Below are positions 23,920-34,660 of a DNA stretch of 64,000 nt, in pieces. Within the stretch, counting starts at the first letter, position 1, and each line of letters starts with the position of its first letter. Under the pieces are notes generated by a model. The model was given only the letters and a program-made list of their open reading frames with translations, did not search any database and was not told the origin of the DNA. The DNA comes from Peribolospora baueri (Eukaryota): positions 310,001 through 374,000 of the forward strand of contig JAMDHS010000005.1 of the NCBI GenBank assembly GCA_029717555.1. Reading direction: 5' to 3'. Both the position numbers and the translations under genes were made by a program.

Positions 23920-26343
23920 TCAGCTGAGTAGGAGAGGATAGGAGCATTGGGTTTCAAGTGCCACTGACCTTGTTCCCTGTGCATGTGCGTCCCCTTGTCC
24001 ATGTGCATGCCCTCGTTCGCGCGACTCGTGTCCCTGCCCATGTCCCCGCTGGTGCTCACTAGCACTCATTTTCTTAGCTGCATCGTCTCTAACCCGCGCT
24101 AGCAAATCTGGCCCACCATGGTCCCCAATAGCAGGTCTTCCGCCGAGCCAAGTTCTCGTCCCTCCCAGTGCTGGGTCGAAAGAAGGCGCAACACATCCCT
24201 TTGCCACCTGGTCCTCCACGTCGTCGAGCAATTGCAGAAGATTCTTGCTCCCGCAACTTTGTCCACCTCCGCTGCTCCATGCCTCGAATCGATCGCGGTC
24301 GTCCTCGGCAATGTTTAACGAGGATTGATCGTTGCGTGGCGAGAAGGCTTCCTGTTCTTCTTCTTGCTCCTCTTCCTCGGCTGCCTTCTGCTTCTCGCGG
24401 ATAGAAGGGCCGAAGGTTAGGGCACGCTCAGGCCCTACGGTGATGGGCAGCGTTGAGGCAGCGAGGGAAGTAGACTCGGCAGCATAAACAGGGTAGCCGC
24501 TCAGAAGGGAGGGGTGGAGATGAGGCAGCCCCCTTGTCGGACACTTTGTTTTCCTTTTCCTCTTCTGAGCCACCGCTTCCTCTTTCCTCCTTCCCTCCTC
24601 CATGGCTGGGCTTTTGAGCTTCTCCAGAAACTCCTCAGCCACGCACTGTGTTCCCTGCGCTGCTTCTTCACCCTTCTGCCTTTCGTCGCCCATGGTGGGC
24701 ACCTTGAGCTGCTCCGAAGGCTCTTCAGTCGCGCTCTGCGTTCCACCGGCAAACTTGCGCGCTCGCTCGGCGGACCTTTTGCGCTGCTCGGACAGGTTGA
24801 CCTGCTTCTGCACCCTTTCCGATGCGCGCATTGTCTCTAGCATGTCCAGTAGGCGGTCGACGTGTGTCTGACTCGCGCTTTGTCCTCCGCCGACAATCCA
24901 ACCGGAGAAGTCATCCTCGGGCACGTCTTGGACGCTGCCTTCGAAATCGTTCCGCGCACTGAGCATGACTGGCTGGAGAGCATCAATAATGTCTGAGGCG
25001 GCGCTCTGACCCCCTCCCCTCACCCAGCCGGCGTAGTCGTCCTCGGGTACGGCATGAACCGAACCGCGAAGGCGTTCCGTCTCCTGCAGCAGGTTGGCCT
25101 GCAGCAGGTCGAGGACGTCGCTGTCAGCACTTTGCCCTCCTCCGATCACCCAACCCGCGTAGCCATCCTCCGGAACGGCGTACACCGATCCTTGCAGACG
25201 GTTCCTCTCGTCGATCATGGCTGCCTCCAACTTGTCGACTACATCGTCGCTTGCGCTCTGACCCCCTCCTTGCACCCATCCCGCCCATCTGTTTTCCGGC
25301 ACGGCGTGGACAGACCCATGGAGCCGATCCGTCTCCGCGAGCAGGTCCTCCTGGAGGGTCCAAAGGTGTTCATCGCTCACACTCTGCCCTCCTCCCACCG
25401 GCCACAGTCCGGAGACACTTCCGACGGTGGCAGGCTCAGTGAGGACAGAGTCTTCTTCGGTTAACAGAGGCATCAGGCTCAGCCCTGCACCTGCACCTCC
25501 AGAGCCCATACCTCTGATTGTCGACTCGCTGACATTCCCCAGCCCCACTGACCCCATCCCTGCACCCTCCTCCTTCATCCACTCCATGTCATCTTCTTCT
25601 CCGCCTTTCCCTTCCGAGTAGAACAGATCTGATGCCATACTAGCGCCCAAATGGGACAAGGCATCAGATACTTTGGACAACACCAGCCCTGGCCCGCCTT
25701 CTTGTGCTCCGAGACCATCACCCAATCCAAGACCAGGTATGGCAATGGCGTCATGTGTCATCTCGGTGTATGTCTGTGGTTCATTGGCAACATTGGGTTT
25801 CCGGTGAATGCGGCGGCAAAAGGGTATATAGTGACAGACTATGACAGCATCAAGACATCAATTGCGACGGTTGCGAATTGGTAAAATCGAAGTACTCACC
25901 CGCCCCATAGCACTAAAGCCACCTGTTGTCTCTCTCTCCCATTTTGATCCACGTCCAACACCCGCGTCTTGGCCCACTTTCACTCCTGACGGAGCTTCTC
26001 CAGCCGTAACAGCAATTTGCGAAGCTGGAATCTTCTGCTTTGATACTCTCCCCCGGGCTTCTTCTTTTTCCTTCATCTGCCATACCTGCTGGGGCTCGGA
26101 CAATATCTGCTCCTCCTCTTGTCCCATCTGCTCTCCAGTGCTTTCTCCCATTTCCCATCCCTTGCCCGACAAAGACTGACCGTGCTCCCTCCTGTTTGGT
26201 GGAGCGCTCCGCGGCCAACTTGTAGCTCTGCTGGCCGGGACGCTGGCTGGTCGGCTTGTGGGCCTGCTTAAGGAAGCACGAGATGCTGGGCGGGACTGCC
26301 GGTGAGGCGGCGAAATTGGCGGTGTGTGGATTGCCGTGGCCAT
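23920..26343 (-). CDS. Orphan protein (~765 aa) with internal 42-aa tandem repeats; 2 exons
   Basis: Exon 1 MATAIHTPP...GFSAMGR ends at a GTGAGT donor. A CAG acceptor resumes in phase 0 with TYTEMTHDAI into the 613-aa ORF 23920..25761. An upstream in-frame ATG at 26598 is an alternative start. No family recognised. Confidence 0.8.
24840..25410 (-). repeat. Coding tandem repeat, 126-nt (42-aa) period, 5 GGGQS anchors
   Basis: The Ser codons of GGGQS lie at 25381, 25255, 25129, 25003 and 24877, exactly 126 nt apart. Consensus: GW(V/I)xGGGQSAxxxxxDxLQxxxxxExxRLxGSVxAVPEDxxA. Confidence 0.93.
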
Positions 26344-26931
26344 GATGGCGAGGGTACTAGTGAGGACGGAGACTGCAAAGTAGGAGGATGCGGATGTCCT
26401 TTCGAGGCTGTGGCGCGCTCCAGTCGCGCGCTCAGGAATCGAGCGTCGCCTCTGCTGTTGCCTTCTAACGATCAATCGGATGCGTTGGGGGGGTGAACAT
26501 CCAAAGGAAAGTCGATCTGGCACGGAGAGGGGCAAGTCAGTATCAGAGCTTTTAAACCCTGAAGCGTTGCCGTGGTCTCCTTCAGTTCCCGTTTCCATTG
26601 GACGACCGGTTACTGTATTTGCTTTGATCAGTCACTGATCTAACGCTTGCGCAGTGGCTTACCAAGCGTTTAAGCTGACAGAGACGTACCGACGAAGGAC
26701 ATACCGTCTCGCAGCGTCGACGATGTGGCTCCTTAACAAAGGAGGGAATGAATGAGCTGGCCAGAAGAAGTGAAATGCATCCGACCGGTTTGTCTTCCCC
26801 ATTAGGGGCGTCTTCACCGCGGTCGATGACGAGCCAAAGAGTACCCAAGCACGCTAGATCGACCGAGATAAAGCAGTATCCTGATCGTAACTTCAAGTAG
26901 CTACTCCAGTACCCTAGCGTCAATGCTCTAG

Positions 26932-27225
26932 TTAAGCACTATATATTGTAACATTCTCCGGCATCTTGGGTTCCAGCATCTGTCCTAAATGACTATGTAG
27001 CGTCGAGTTGCGATCCTGGCCCACTGGAGATAGCCTGACTGACGATGATGACCTTACTAAACGCAGCAAATCCTTATCTGATAAATTGATATCCGCAAAT
27101 CCACTTCCGTAATCTGACGCGTCCGTCGCTACGTTGACCTTGTCAATACACCTGCTCTCAATCCGGACCGACAGGAAACTTAGGGTGTACACACAGAGAT
27201 GGGGACTTCCCAGGTTACGATTCAT
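26932..27225 (-). mobile_element. Possible degenerate retroelement RNase H fragment
   Basis: VNVATDASDYGSG resembles the TDASxxG motif of Ty3/gypsy- or DIRS-type RNase H and sits in a lower-GC intergenic patch. No other pol motifs or LTRs were found. Confidence 0.25.
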
Positions 27226-27372
27226 GGGCCTAATTTGGGCACCTGCTCCGTGACTCCCCCTTTTGTGGACTGATATATGAAGGCATTGCCCGGCCAGGTC
27301 GAGCAGCGACGACCGCTGTCCATCGCCCAGTCCGGCCTCCCTTCCCTACTAAACTCTTTCTTCTCACCCATC

Positions 27373-28756
27373 ATGTCCACAGCTGCCCTCGAAGGTCCTC
27401 AGAAAACCGTGACAATGTCCTCTGCACTCACTCCTTCGGTTCGCTACCGCTTCCGTGCATCGCTCTGTCTCGACGTCAGATGGCGTGAAGGCCCTTCTCG
27501 TCGTGACGCTCAGGCAGGTGTACGGGTATGTTGAAAACCGTATCCAATATCTTCAGATAGTTCTTTGCATCTTTAATGTCCATCAGCTGACGCATTCCCC
27601 CTCCCATTTCTTCCGTCTCATGCGCCGCCAGCGTCCTTGAGTTTAGCCTTGCACAGCAAAACTCTTACCCAGGGTTCTCCAACGTCTACCGTCCAGCTCT
27701 CCTCTACCGCACGGAGGCCCTCGAGGCTGATATTGCATGACACGCCCGCCGTCTAGCCATCGTGTCGTCCTCCACTACCTTTTCATCCCCTGGTGTCGAG
27801 ATTCTGACATCAAGGCAACGCGCCGCTGTGGACGCGTATCTTCGCCGTCTCCGGCAGCCAACACTTAGCGAGGCAGTGAGGGTCTTGGACAATGCGCCGC
27901 TAGCTACTGCTCGGATCCTTTCACACGCCTACGTTCGCTACCTTGGTGACCTTTCTGGAGGACGCGTGATCAAGCGCGCCGTTCGACGCACGTATTGTCG
28001 TTCCTTCGCGGGCACAGACCGCAATGAATGGGCGGTCGAGGACGACTCAACGCCAGGTGTACTAGCGGTGGACGACGGTTTGAGGTTTTACAGCTTTCTC
28101 AAGCTTCCCACACAGCGGGGTCAGGATGAGATCACGGCCAAAACAGCTGTGGCTAAGGATGGGGAATGCGACCGTTTCGAGGAGGCAAGCGAGGAAGATC
28201 TGAAGGAGATCAAGATGTGGTTTAGGAATGGCATGGAAGAAACTGTGCGACTATGGGCAACTGAAGGAGCTAGGGACGAGGGTAAGGTAGAGAAGAGGTC
28301 TAGGAAGTTGAAAGGTGAGGGTAATCCCACACACAATGTTTGATGCGTGTATGGAGTCCGCATCGGCACGGATACCTGACCTCACATCAGCGCATCGCTT
28401 CCAACCTCCCGATCTCGAGCCAGGGCGGCCCTTCCTCGTTATGGACTGGTCCAGCTCCCTCCTTGACGAAGACGTCATCTCGTGAACCAAAGCCAGGAAC
28501 CTATTTTAAACTATCGGCCACGAATAAGGGAAGAGAAGGCAGGGCAGGAAAATACGCCGTCGTCGCAACCACAGTCCTCACGCAAGCCCCAGAAAGCACT
28601 CGATCGCTGCTGCTGCTCTCGATTACGACCTTCTGCCTCTTCCTCTCCTATTTTGCTCTTTTATTTTCCCGCCAGTCACCTAAGCCTTTCACAGCACCTT
28701 CCAGTTTTATTTTGTTTCCATCACCTCCCCATCCCTCCTTTACGGAGGCCGGGTAG
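27373..28756 (+). pseudogene. Heme oxygenase (HMX1-like) pseudogene
   Basis: HO motifs are present: PLHSLLRFATASVH (proximal His), LYRTEALEADIA, ILSHAYVRYLGDLSGG, GLRFYSF and a C-terminal TM. Lesions: the ATG is out of frame with the His helix (in-frame TGA 27410-27412), there is a premature TGA at 27738-27740, and segments appear to be missing. Confidence 0.82.
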
Positions 28757-29150
28757 CCGACTCGCGGAGACCAAGACATCGCGTGAACGGACGTTTGGCG
28801 CACCCTTCGTTCATTCCATCCTCCCTCGTTCCCTTCCTTCCTCTTCCTAGCTCTCTCATTCGCTTTACTTGTATAAAATGAGAAAAGAAGGCGAGCGTCT
28901 GACTCTTCCTCCAACTGGTCTCTTCGCTTTATTGCTCTCCAGGATCCTTACACTTACAAACACATCCCTTGAGCGTATGTGCAAGTACGCGGATAACTGT
29001 CGTTTCCGATTCAATTCGAGCAAAGTTGTTGATGTTGTAATCAGGAAACCGAATGTGGTACATCCTTAGTGCCACCAAAGTCAAACTAACAGGGCTATTG
29101 GTCAAGAGCGAGAAGGGAGGTGCGGACTTGGTGTGACAACGGCGCCAAAA

Positions 29151-30533
29151 TTACAAGGAAGAAGTGGAAGGGAGCTTATCCTGTGATAGTTTGAACCCCA
29201 ATACCCATAATAGATGAAAGGAGTGTTTGCATCGTTAACACGCCATTTTGTTTCAAGCCGAGAGGTCGGGCGAGAGACACCAGAACAGTTGATCACCCAC
29301 CCTCAGCATCACTGACACTCTCTGCGTTCCTCCGACCTTCCGGCTCCTCCACTCTGCCAAAGCCGGGATGGAGTGCTCGAACTTGTACCGAATGGCATCC
29401 CTGTGAAAGACATCATATAGATAATAGAGGGAGGCAATTTAATGTAGTTGCATCAGCCGAAGTCCATGTCAATGCTAAACGGCTAGGGAAGGATGGAAGA
29501 GAGCTTACCGCTGGACGTAAACAGACCCTGGCGGCAACAGCACCTCAAACGTGTCTTCTCGATTGGCCACAGCGTTCTCCTGCTCAGGCTCGGCTCCGCT
29601 ACCCTCGTTTTTCCTCCTCATACGCATCACCCTCTCCCCACCGAGACTCACACCGAGAATGACGCTGCCGCTTGCCTCGACGTTGTCCACGTGCGGCAAG
29701 ATGTGTCCCCGAGACGAGAGATGGAGAACGTGCGTCTGCGTGAGAGCCCGAAGGTCGTCTAACGAGCTTCCCCCCAATTCCGTGCTGGACGCACTAGATT
29801 GAGCGGGCGAAGAAGATGGTGGCGAAGGGAGAAGAGGAGCGTATTGGCCCATGAGCGTGTAAAGTCGGGAGAGAACGGGAGATAACTCGGAGAAGACGGC
29901 GGTCGGCTTTGTGGGCCACGAGGAGACGAGAATTTCTCGATAGCCCTGAAAAGGATTAACAGTACAAAGATGGGAATACAGGGGCATAACCCGAACATCA
30001 CACAGATTAGCCATCTCGCCTCCAGACAACAATAATCACTCCCTCCTCTTCATCAAACTCACCTGAATGACCTCATCATAATGCTCCCCCCAGAATTCAT
30101 ACTCTCCCTCCTTCTCAAAGATCTCCAGTCCAGTCCTGTCTCTTTCCGCTTCCCCCTCTCCTTCCCTGCTTTTGCTCCTTGACTGTCGCCTGATCCCCCC
30201 TTTTGGAGGAAAAGCGAGATCTAGCTTCCTCAAGCTCGCACGTAGGAGAACGTCTTGCTCGAAAGAAGAGAGAAAAGCGGGGTAAAGAACAAAGTCTTTC
30301 GGAGAAACGCGAAGAAAAGAGGTGGTTACGGGGGAGATATGGGAGAGGTCGATGTAGGAGGAAGATGGGTGCGCGGCCGAGGTGTTGGCGGTTGAGAGGG
30401 CGATGGATGCTGGATCTGCTCGATCGGGAGAGGTCGATACACCACGGGAGAAAGTTGAGGTAAAGCAAGGAGAAAAGAGAGATCGATGCGTATAAATCAC
30501 AGCCCTACGGCTTCCTATCAAGGGAGCCATCAT
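29151..30533 (-). CDS. ALKBH7: AlkB homolog 7 (ALKBH7)-like Fe(II)/2-oxoglutarate dioxygenase, probably mitochondrial; 4 exons
   Basis: DFVLYPAFLSSFEQDVLL...EHYDEVIQ|GYRE...THVLHLSSRGHILPHVD (HxD)..SGSVILGVSLGGERVMRM...LLPPGSVYVQR|DAIRYKFEHSI (H)...QRVSVMLR|DKLPSTSSL*. The N-terminus is Arg/Ser-rich and presequence-like. Confidence 0.9.
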
Positions 30534-30638
30534 CGTTATGGTAATGGACGATGGAAACTTTTTTACCGTACGTAGTCGCCCTTCGCAGGCCTGAAGGTCC
30601 TTCTCTTGCCTGCCCAAGCGCACGGACCTTCCTGAGAT

Positions 30639-30650
30639 TCACGTGACGTA
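30639..30650. promoter_or_regulatory. Palindromic E-box TCACGTGA overlapping a TGACGT (CRE-like) site in the ALKBH7/ERG4 divergent promoter
   Basis: Sequence TTCACGTGACGTA lies between the head-to-head starts at 30533 and 31022. Function is inferred only. Confidence 0.4.
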
Positions 30651-31021
30651 CCGCAGCGAGCGCGATTCTGCACGCGCCGGGAAGCGTACTTCCGTGTTCC
30701 GAGAGGTTTTCGAGCGCTCCTTCCTGCTGGGCGGGGCGTCACCGCCTGTCTTATTTATGATGCGGAAGAGGAGGAAGGCGGAAAACAGACAGTTATATGA
30801 GGTCGAGAGAGAGTAATGGAAATAACTAAGACGAGGGTTAATGGAATTGTTGAAGAAAGAAGAGGAGAACGCTGGTTTTCGGGGACGCAGCGTATAGGCA
30901 CGTGCCGGGACCGGCAGGAAGAAGCCTAGCCTCGTCCGGCTCTGAGTTTCCGACCACCACCACCACCACCTCTGTCACTGCTGGCAGGCGCCCGTTGCCA
31001 AGTACGCTTGCTCCTCCTACA

Positions 31022-33999
31022 ATGAGCGCCTCAAACTCCGTGGACGTTGGCAGCACGACGCCGCGCACTACTCGTGCCTCAGCCCGCCGCGCCGCTGCCG
31101 CCGCCGCCGCCGCCGAAGATGGAGTTAAAGTCAGAGACACTGCCTCTTCCTCCAAGAGCTCGGACTCGGACACTCATATTGTCGACGGGAAGGCGAAGCC
31201 TGAGGACGGTGTCGTCAGTAAGAGGTACCCTGGCATCGTGATCAGCGAGCATGGCCAGGAGACGGACAAGCAGATGGATCAGCATCACGAGTGAGTTGGT
31301 CCCCTCCTTCCTTCTGTCTCTCCGTCGTTGATCGGAATGGTCGACGACAAGGAGGCATCAAGAAGTTAATGTTGCTTCCATGTTATGTTTCGGTCTTTCG
31401 TGGACCAATAGGTACGAATTTGGCGGTCCGGTCGGAGTCTTCGCCATGATGGTAAGTCGCGTGGTAACCGACCGGAGGAGGAGGTAGCTCGTCCTGGACA
31501 GGCTTCATTCGATCTTTCGTCTTACCTCTTGTTTCCTCACGTCTTTTTTGTCTGTATAACCTGTTCGTCTTTACTCCCCTCATAGACCGGCTTCCCCATT
31601 CTCATGTACTACCTCTGGATCTGCCTCTGGTTCTACGACGGCCAATTCGCGGCCCCCAAGAACATCGATGATATCGTTCCTTTCCTTGGGAGGATGTGGA
31701 ACCATGTCAAGCAGGTGCGATGAGTCTTACTACCATATTTGAAGGATTAGCATCATGAGTAGTTGACCTAGCTCCCTCCCTCGATCGCTCTCCTTTGCCC
31801 TTCCCTCACATCCTTGTGTAGGATGCCTACCCCAACTGGCCCGCCTTCCGCGCCTACGGCGGGCTGATGATTTTCCAGCTGTTGCTCGCCTTCATCATGC
31901 CAGGTTACTGGCAAGAGGGCCTTCCTGTGCCCTCCCTCGACTACAAGACGCTCAAATACAAGTGCAACGCTCTTGCCTCCTTCTATGCCACGCTCGTCTT
32001 CGCTGCCTGGCTCCACCTCAGCGGAACCTACCGGCTCACTCAGATCATCGATAACTTCGGCTCCTACATGACTGTGGCCATGATCGCAGGCTTTGCAGTC
32101 TCCTTCTGGACCTACTTCCATGCTGTCTTCACCGGTACGGCGATGCGCATGAGCGGAAACTTCTTCTATGACCTCTTTATGGGCGCCGCTCTCAACCCTC
32201 GCATCGGCATGGTGGACTTGAAGATGTGGGCCGAGGTTCGCATCCCTTGGGTTCTCCTGTTCATGATCGCCGTCAGCGGAGGATGCAAGCAGTACGAGAC
32301 GTACGGATATGTCACGCCCAACATGGCTTTTATGATTCTCGCTACTGGGCTTTACAGTAAGTAGTCAAATGTGGCCTTTTAAGGGCTTAGAGGCAGTGTC
32401 AGCTGACCTTTTTTCACCTTGATCGTTTTGTTAGTCAATGCCTGTGCCAAAGGAGAGGAGTGCATTCCTCAGACTTGGGATATGTTCTATGAAAAGTGAG
32501 CGGCGCTTCGTCTCTGCTCGGGTTCGTATGCATATTGATGACCTTCTCTCCCCCATTCATTCCGCAGGTGGTATGTCTGTGTTTCCGTAATATGTGTGTC
32601 CTCTTGACCTTGCCATTGCTCGTCTGACTCCCTCTTTGATGCTTGCTCGATGTGATTCAAGGGGCTTCATGGGTAAGTTCCTCAGCCTCATTTCATGTTG
32701 TGTCTTTGTCTTTGGCTAACCCTTGCGCTTCGCTATCCTCATCTCTAGTCATTTTCTGGAACTTCGCCGGTGTCCCCTTCAGTAAGCATTCTTGCCGAGT
32801 GTCTGCCTGTACACGCTGGCTCAGGAAAGTTTCTTCTGACCTGTACTCCGTCATTTTTTGCCTTTGTCCCTCCAGCCTACTGCTACTCGATCGTTTACAT
32901 GGCTGCTCACCCGCCGGAGTGGTACCGCTTCTCGACGCCGACTTACGTGGCTCTCTTCAGTCTCTTGATTACCGCTCACTACATGTGAGTCGCTCCCATA
33001 TTGCGTTTTTGGTTACCCTTTGCTCTGCGTCCTCATCGACACCTCCCGTTCTCGCTCGCAGCTTCGACTCGTCCATGGCACAAAAGTCGCGCTTCCGCAT
33101 GCAGCTCCAAGGAACGTACAAGCCGCGCTGGACCTTCCCCCAGTGGCCCTGGAGCACGCTCAAGAACCCCAAATACATTCAGACAGAGCACGGAAACTGC
33201 TTGCTCATCGACGGATGGTGGCAGTTCGCTAGGAAGCCCGTGAGTGGAGCACGGGTTTGAAATGGAATGTATGCATGCTGGGAAGAAGGGAAGACTAACG
33301 AGAAGAACTGAAATGACCTCTGTTGCCCTTCGGGTGGATTGGGCGTTCTTCCCTGGATGCAGAAGTGAGTAGTACCTACTTCTGGAGTCTCTATCTAAAG
33401 TCTAGAATTCTCGCTGACTAGTCCTGCCTTCCTTCCTCCTCCCGGGTCTGACTGCTCAGCTACACTGCCGACCTCGTCCAGGTGAGCTTACGCCACTGTC
33501 CGATTTTAGTAGTTTCCCCACTCCGTATCAAAGCGAAAGAATGCTGACGAGTTAAACACATGCTCTCTTGGGTCTTTCGCCTGGCTGTACATTTTCGTCC
33601 CCCATAGTCTTTCCTCTGGGGCGCTATTGCTGGTACAACGTCCATAATCCCCTACTTCTACTTCAGCTTCTTCTTCTTTGTCCTCACCCACCGCTGCGGA
33701 CGCGACTTTGACCGCTGCGCAAGGAAGTACGGAAAGGGTGCGTTTGAGTGGCGTTTCCATCTGTTTCTTTGCGTCTCTAACGAGCAGAGGCGGCGTTCAG
33801 AAGGAAGGGAACTGTGCTGATTGATCGAATTTTTCCTGTCATAATTATTCGACTCGCCCGCTCGCTCGCTCTGGGCTGCCCGACTTCTTCACCTTGTTTT
33901 CTCCGATCGGCGGTACATCTTATGGCGTCGCTCTTCCGAACAGACTGGGAGAAGTACTGCAAAATCGTTCCGTGGCGGTTCATCCCCTACGTCTACTGA
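31022..33999 (+). CDS. ERG4: C-24(28) sterol reductase (ERG4), multi-exon including 2-, 3- and 11-nt microexons
   Basis: [32 protein letters not shown]...[32 protein letters not shown]...[35 protein letters not shown]...[18 protein letters not shown]...[34 protein letters not shown]. Confidence 0.96.
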
Positions 34000-34660
34000 G
34001 CGAGCCGATTGGCGGGGTGGGATGCGCTTCACGTCTTCATCTCGCTCTTCGTCGCGTCCCAGCGGCTCTTGAACATCCTATCCTATCCTCCTTTCCGCTA
34101 CCTCAACCCTACCTACCCCTCCGCACCACCTCTTTACAACTGAACCATCGTCGGCTCTTATTGGGATAAAGTCCCTTTCTGAGCTTTTCTTGGCTCGTCG
34201 AGATCGATGCCGTCTCTAGTAAAATATAATGTGGTCCTGACGATGGGGACTGCCTTTTGGTTTATCTCTAATGAAGAAGTGAACCTAGAAATGAAATCCG
34301 GAGGATGTCGTGCACCGCGAACTGCAAAGTTTGGCTCAATGTTGGGCCGGATGAGGGTGCTACCGCACCCGCGTTCAGCTTCACGCTCTGAGGCACACTT
34401 CAGCCAACCTAACCTCCGCTCACGATGGACACGACCACGCTCGACTCGCTTGCTCGACTGGTTGGCGGGCTACAATATAGTACATTCTACGGATCGAGGA
34501 CCAGCTCTCGACCGACAAACTTCAGCCGTTGTGACGACATGAACGGCCCTGCTTTCCCAAAGGAGGAAGAAGGAAGGCAAGGTCGTATCTGCGACCAGCC
34601 GCGCCTCTTCGACGGACGATGCTAAATATCAACATCGTGACATCGGCATGGGTCATCTGT

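Noticed and set aside
25125..25155. VIGGGQSA resembling the NADPH-binding motif of N-hydroxylating monooxygenases (SidA/IucD)
   Set aside because: It is one unit of a 42-aa repeat with no FAD-binding domain or other monooxygenase motifs, so the match is probably coincidental.
27738..27740. In-frame TGA as selenocysteine, readthrough or A-to-I-edited codon
   Set aside because: The position is not a Cys site in heme oxygenases, selenoproteins are not established in Dikarya, and the other lesions would remain. Pseudogenisation is the simpler explanation.
27373..33999. HO, ALKBH7 and ERG4 (plus TauD) as an oxygen/iron gene cluster
   Set aside because: They belong to unrelated pathways, with no backbone enzyme or cluster regulator. 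The adjacency is consistent with ordinary gene order.
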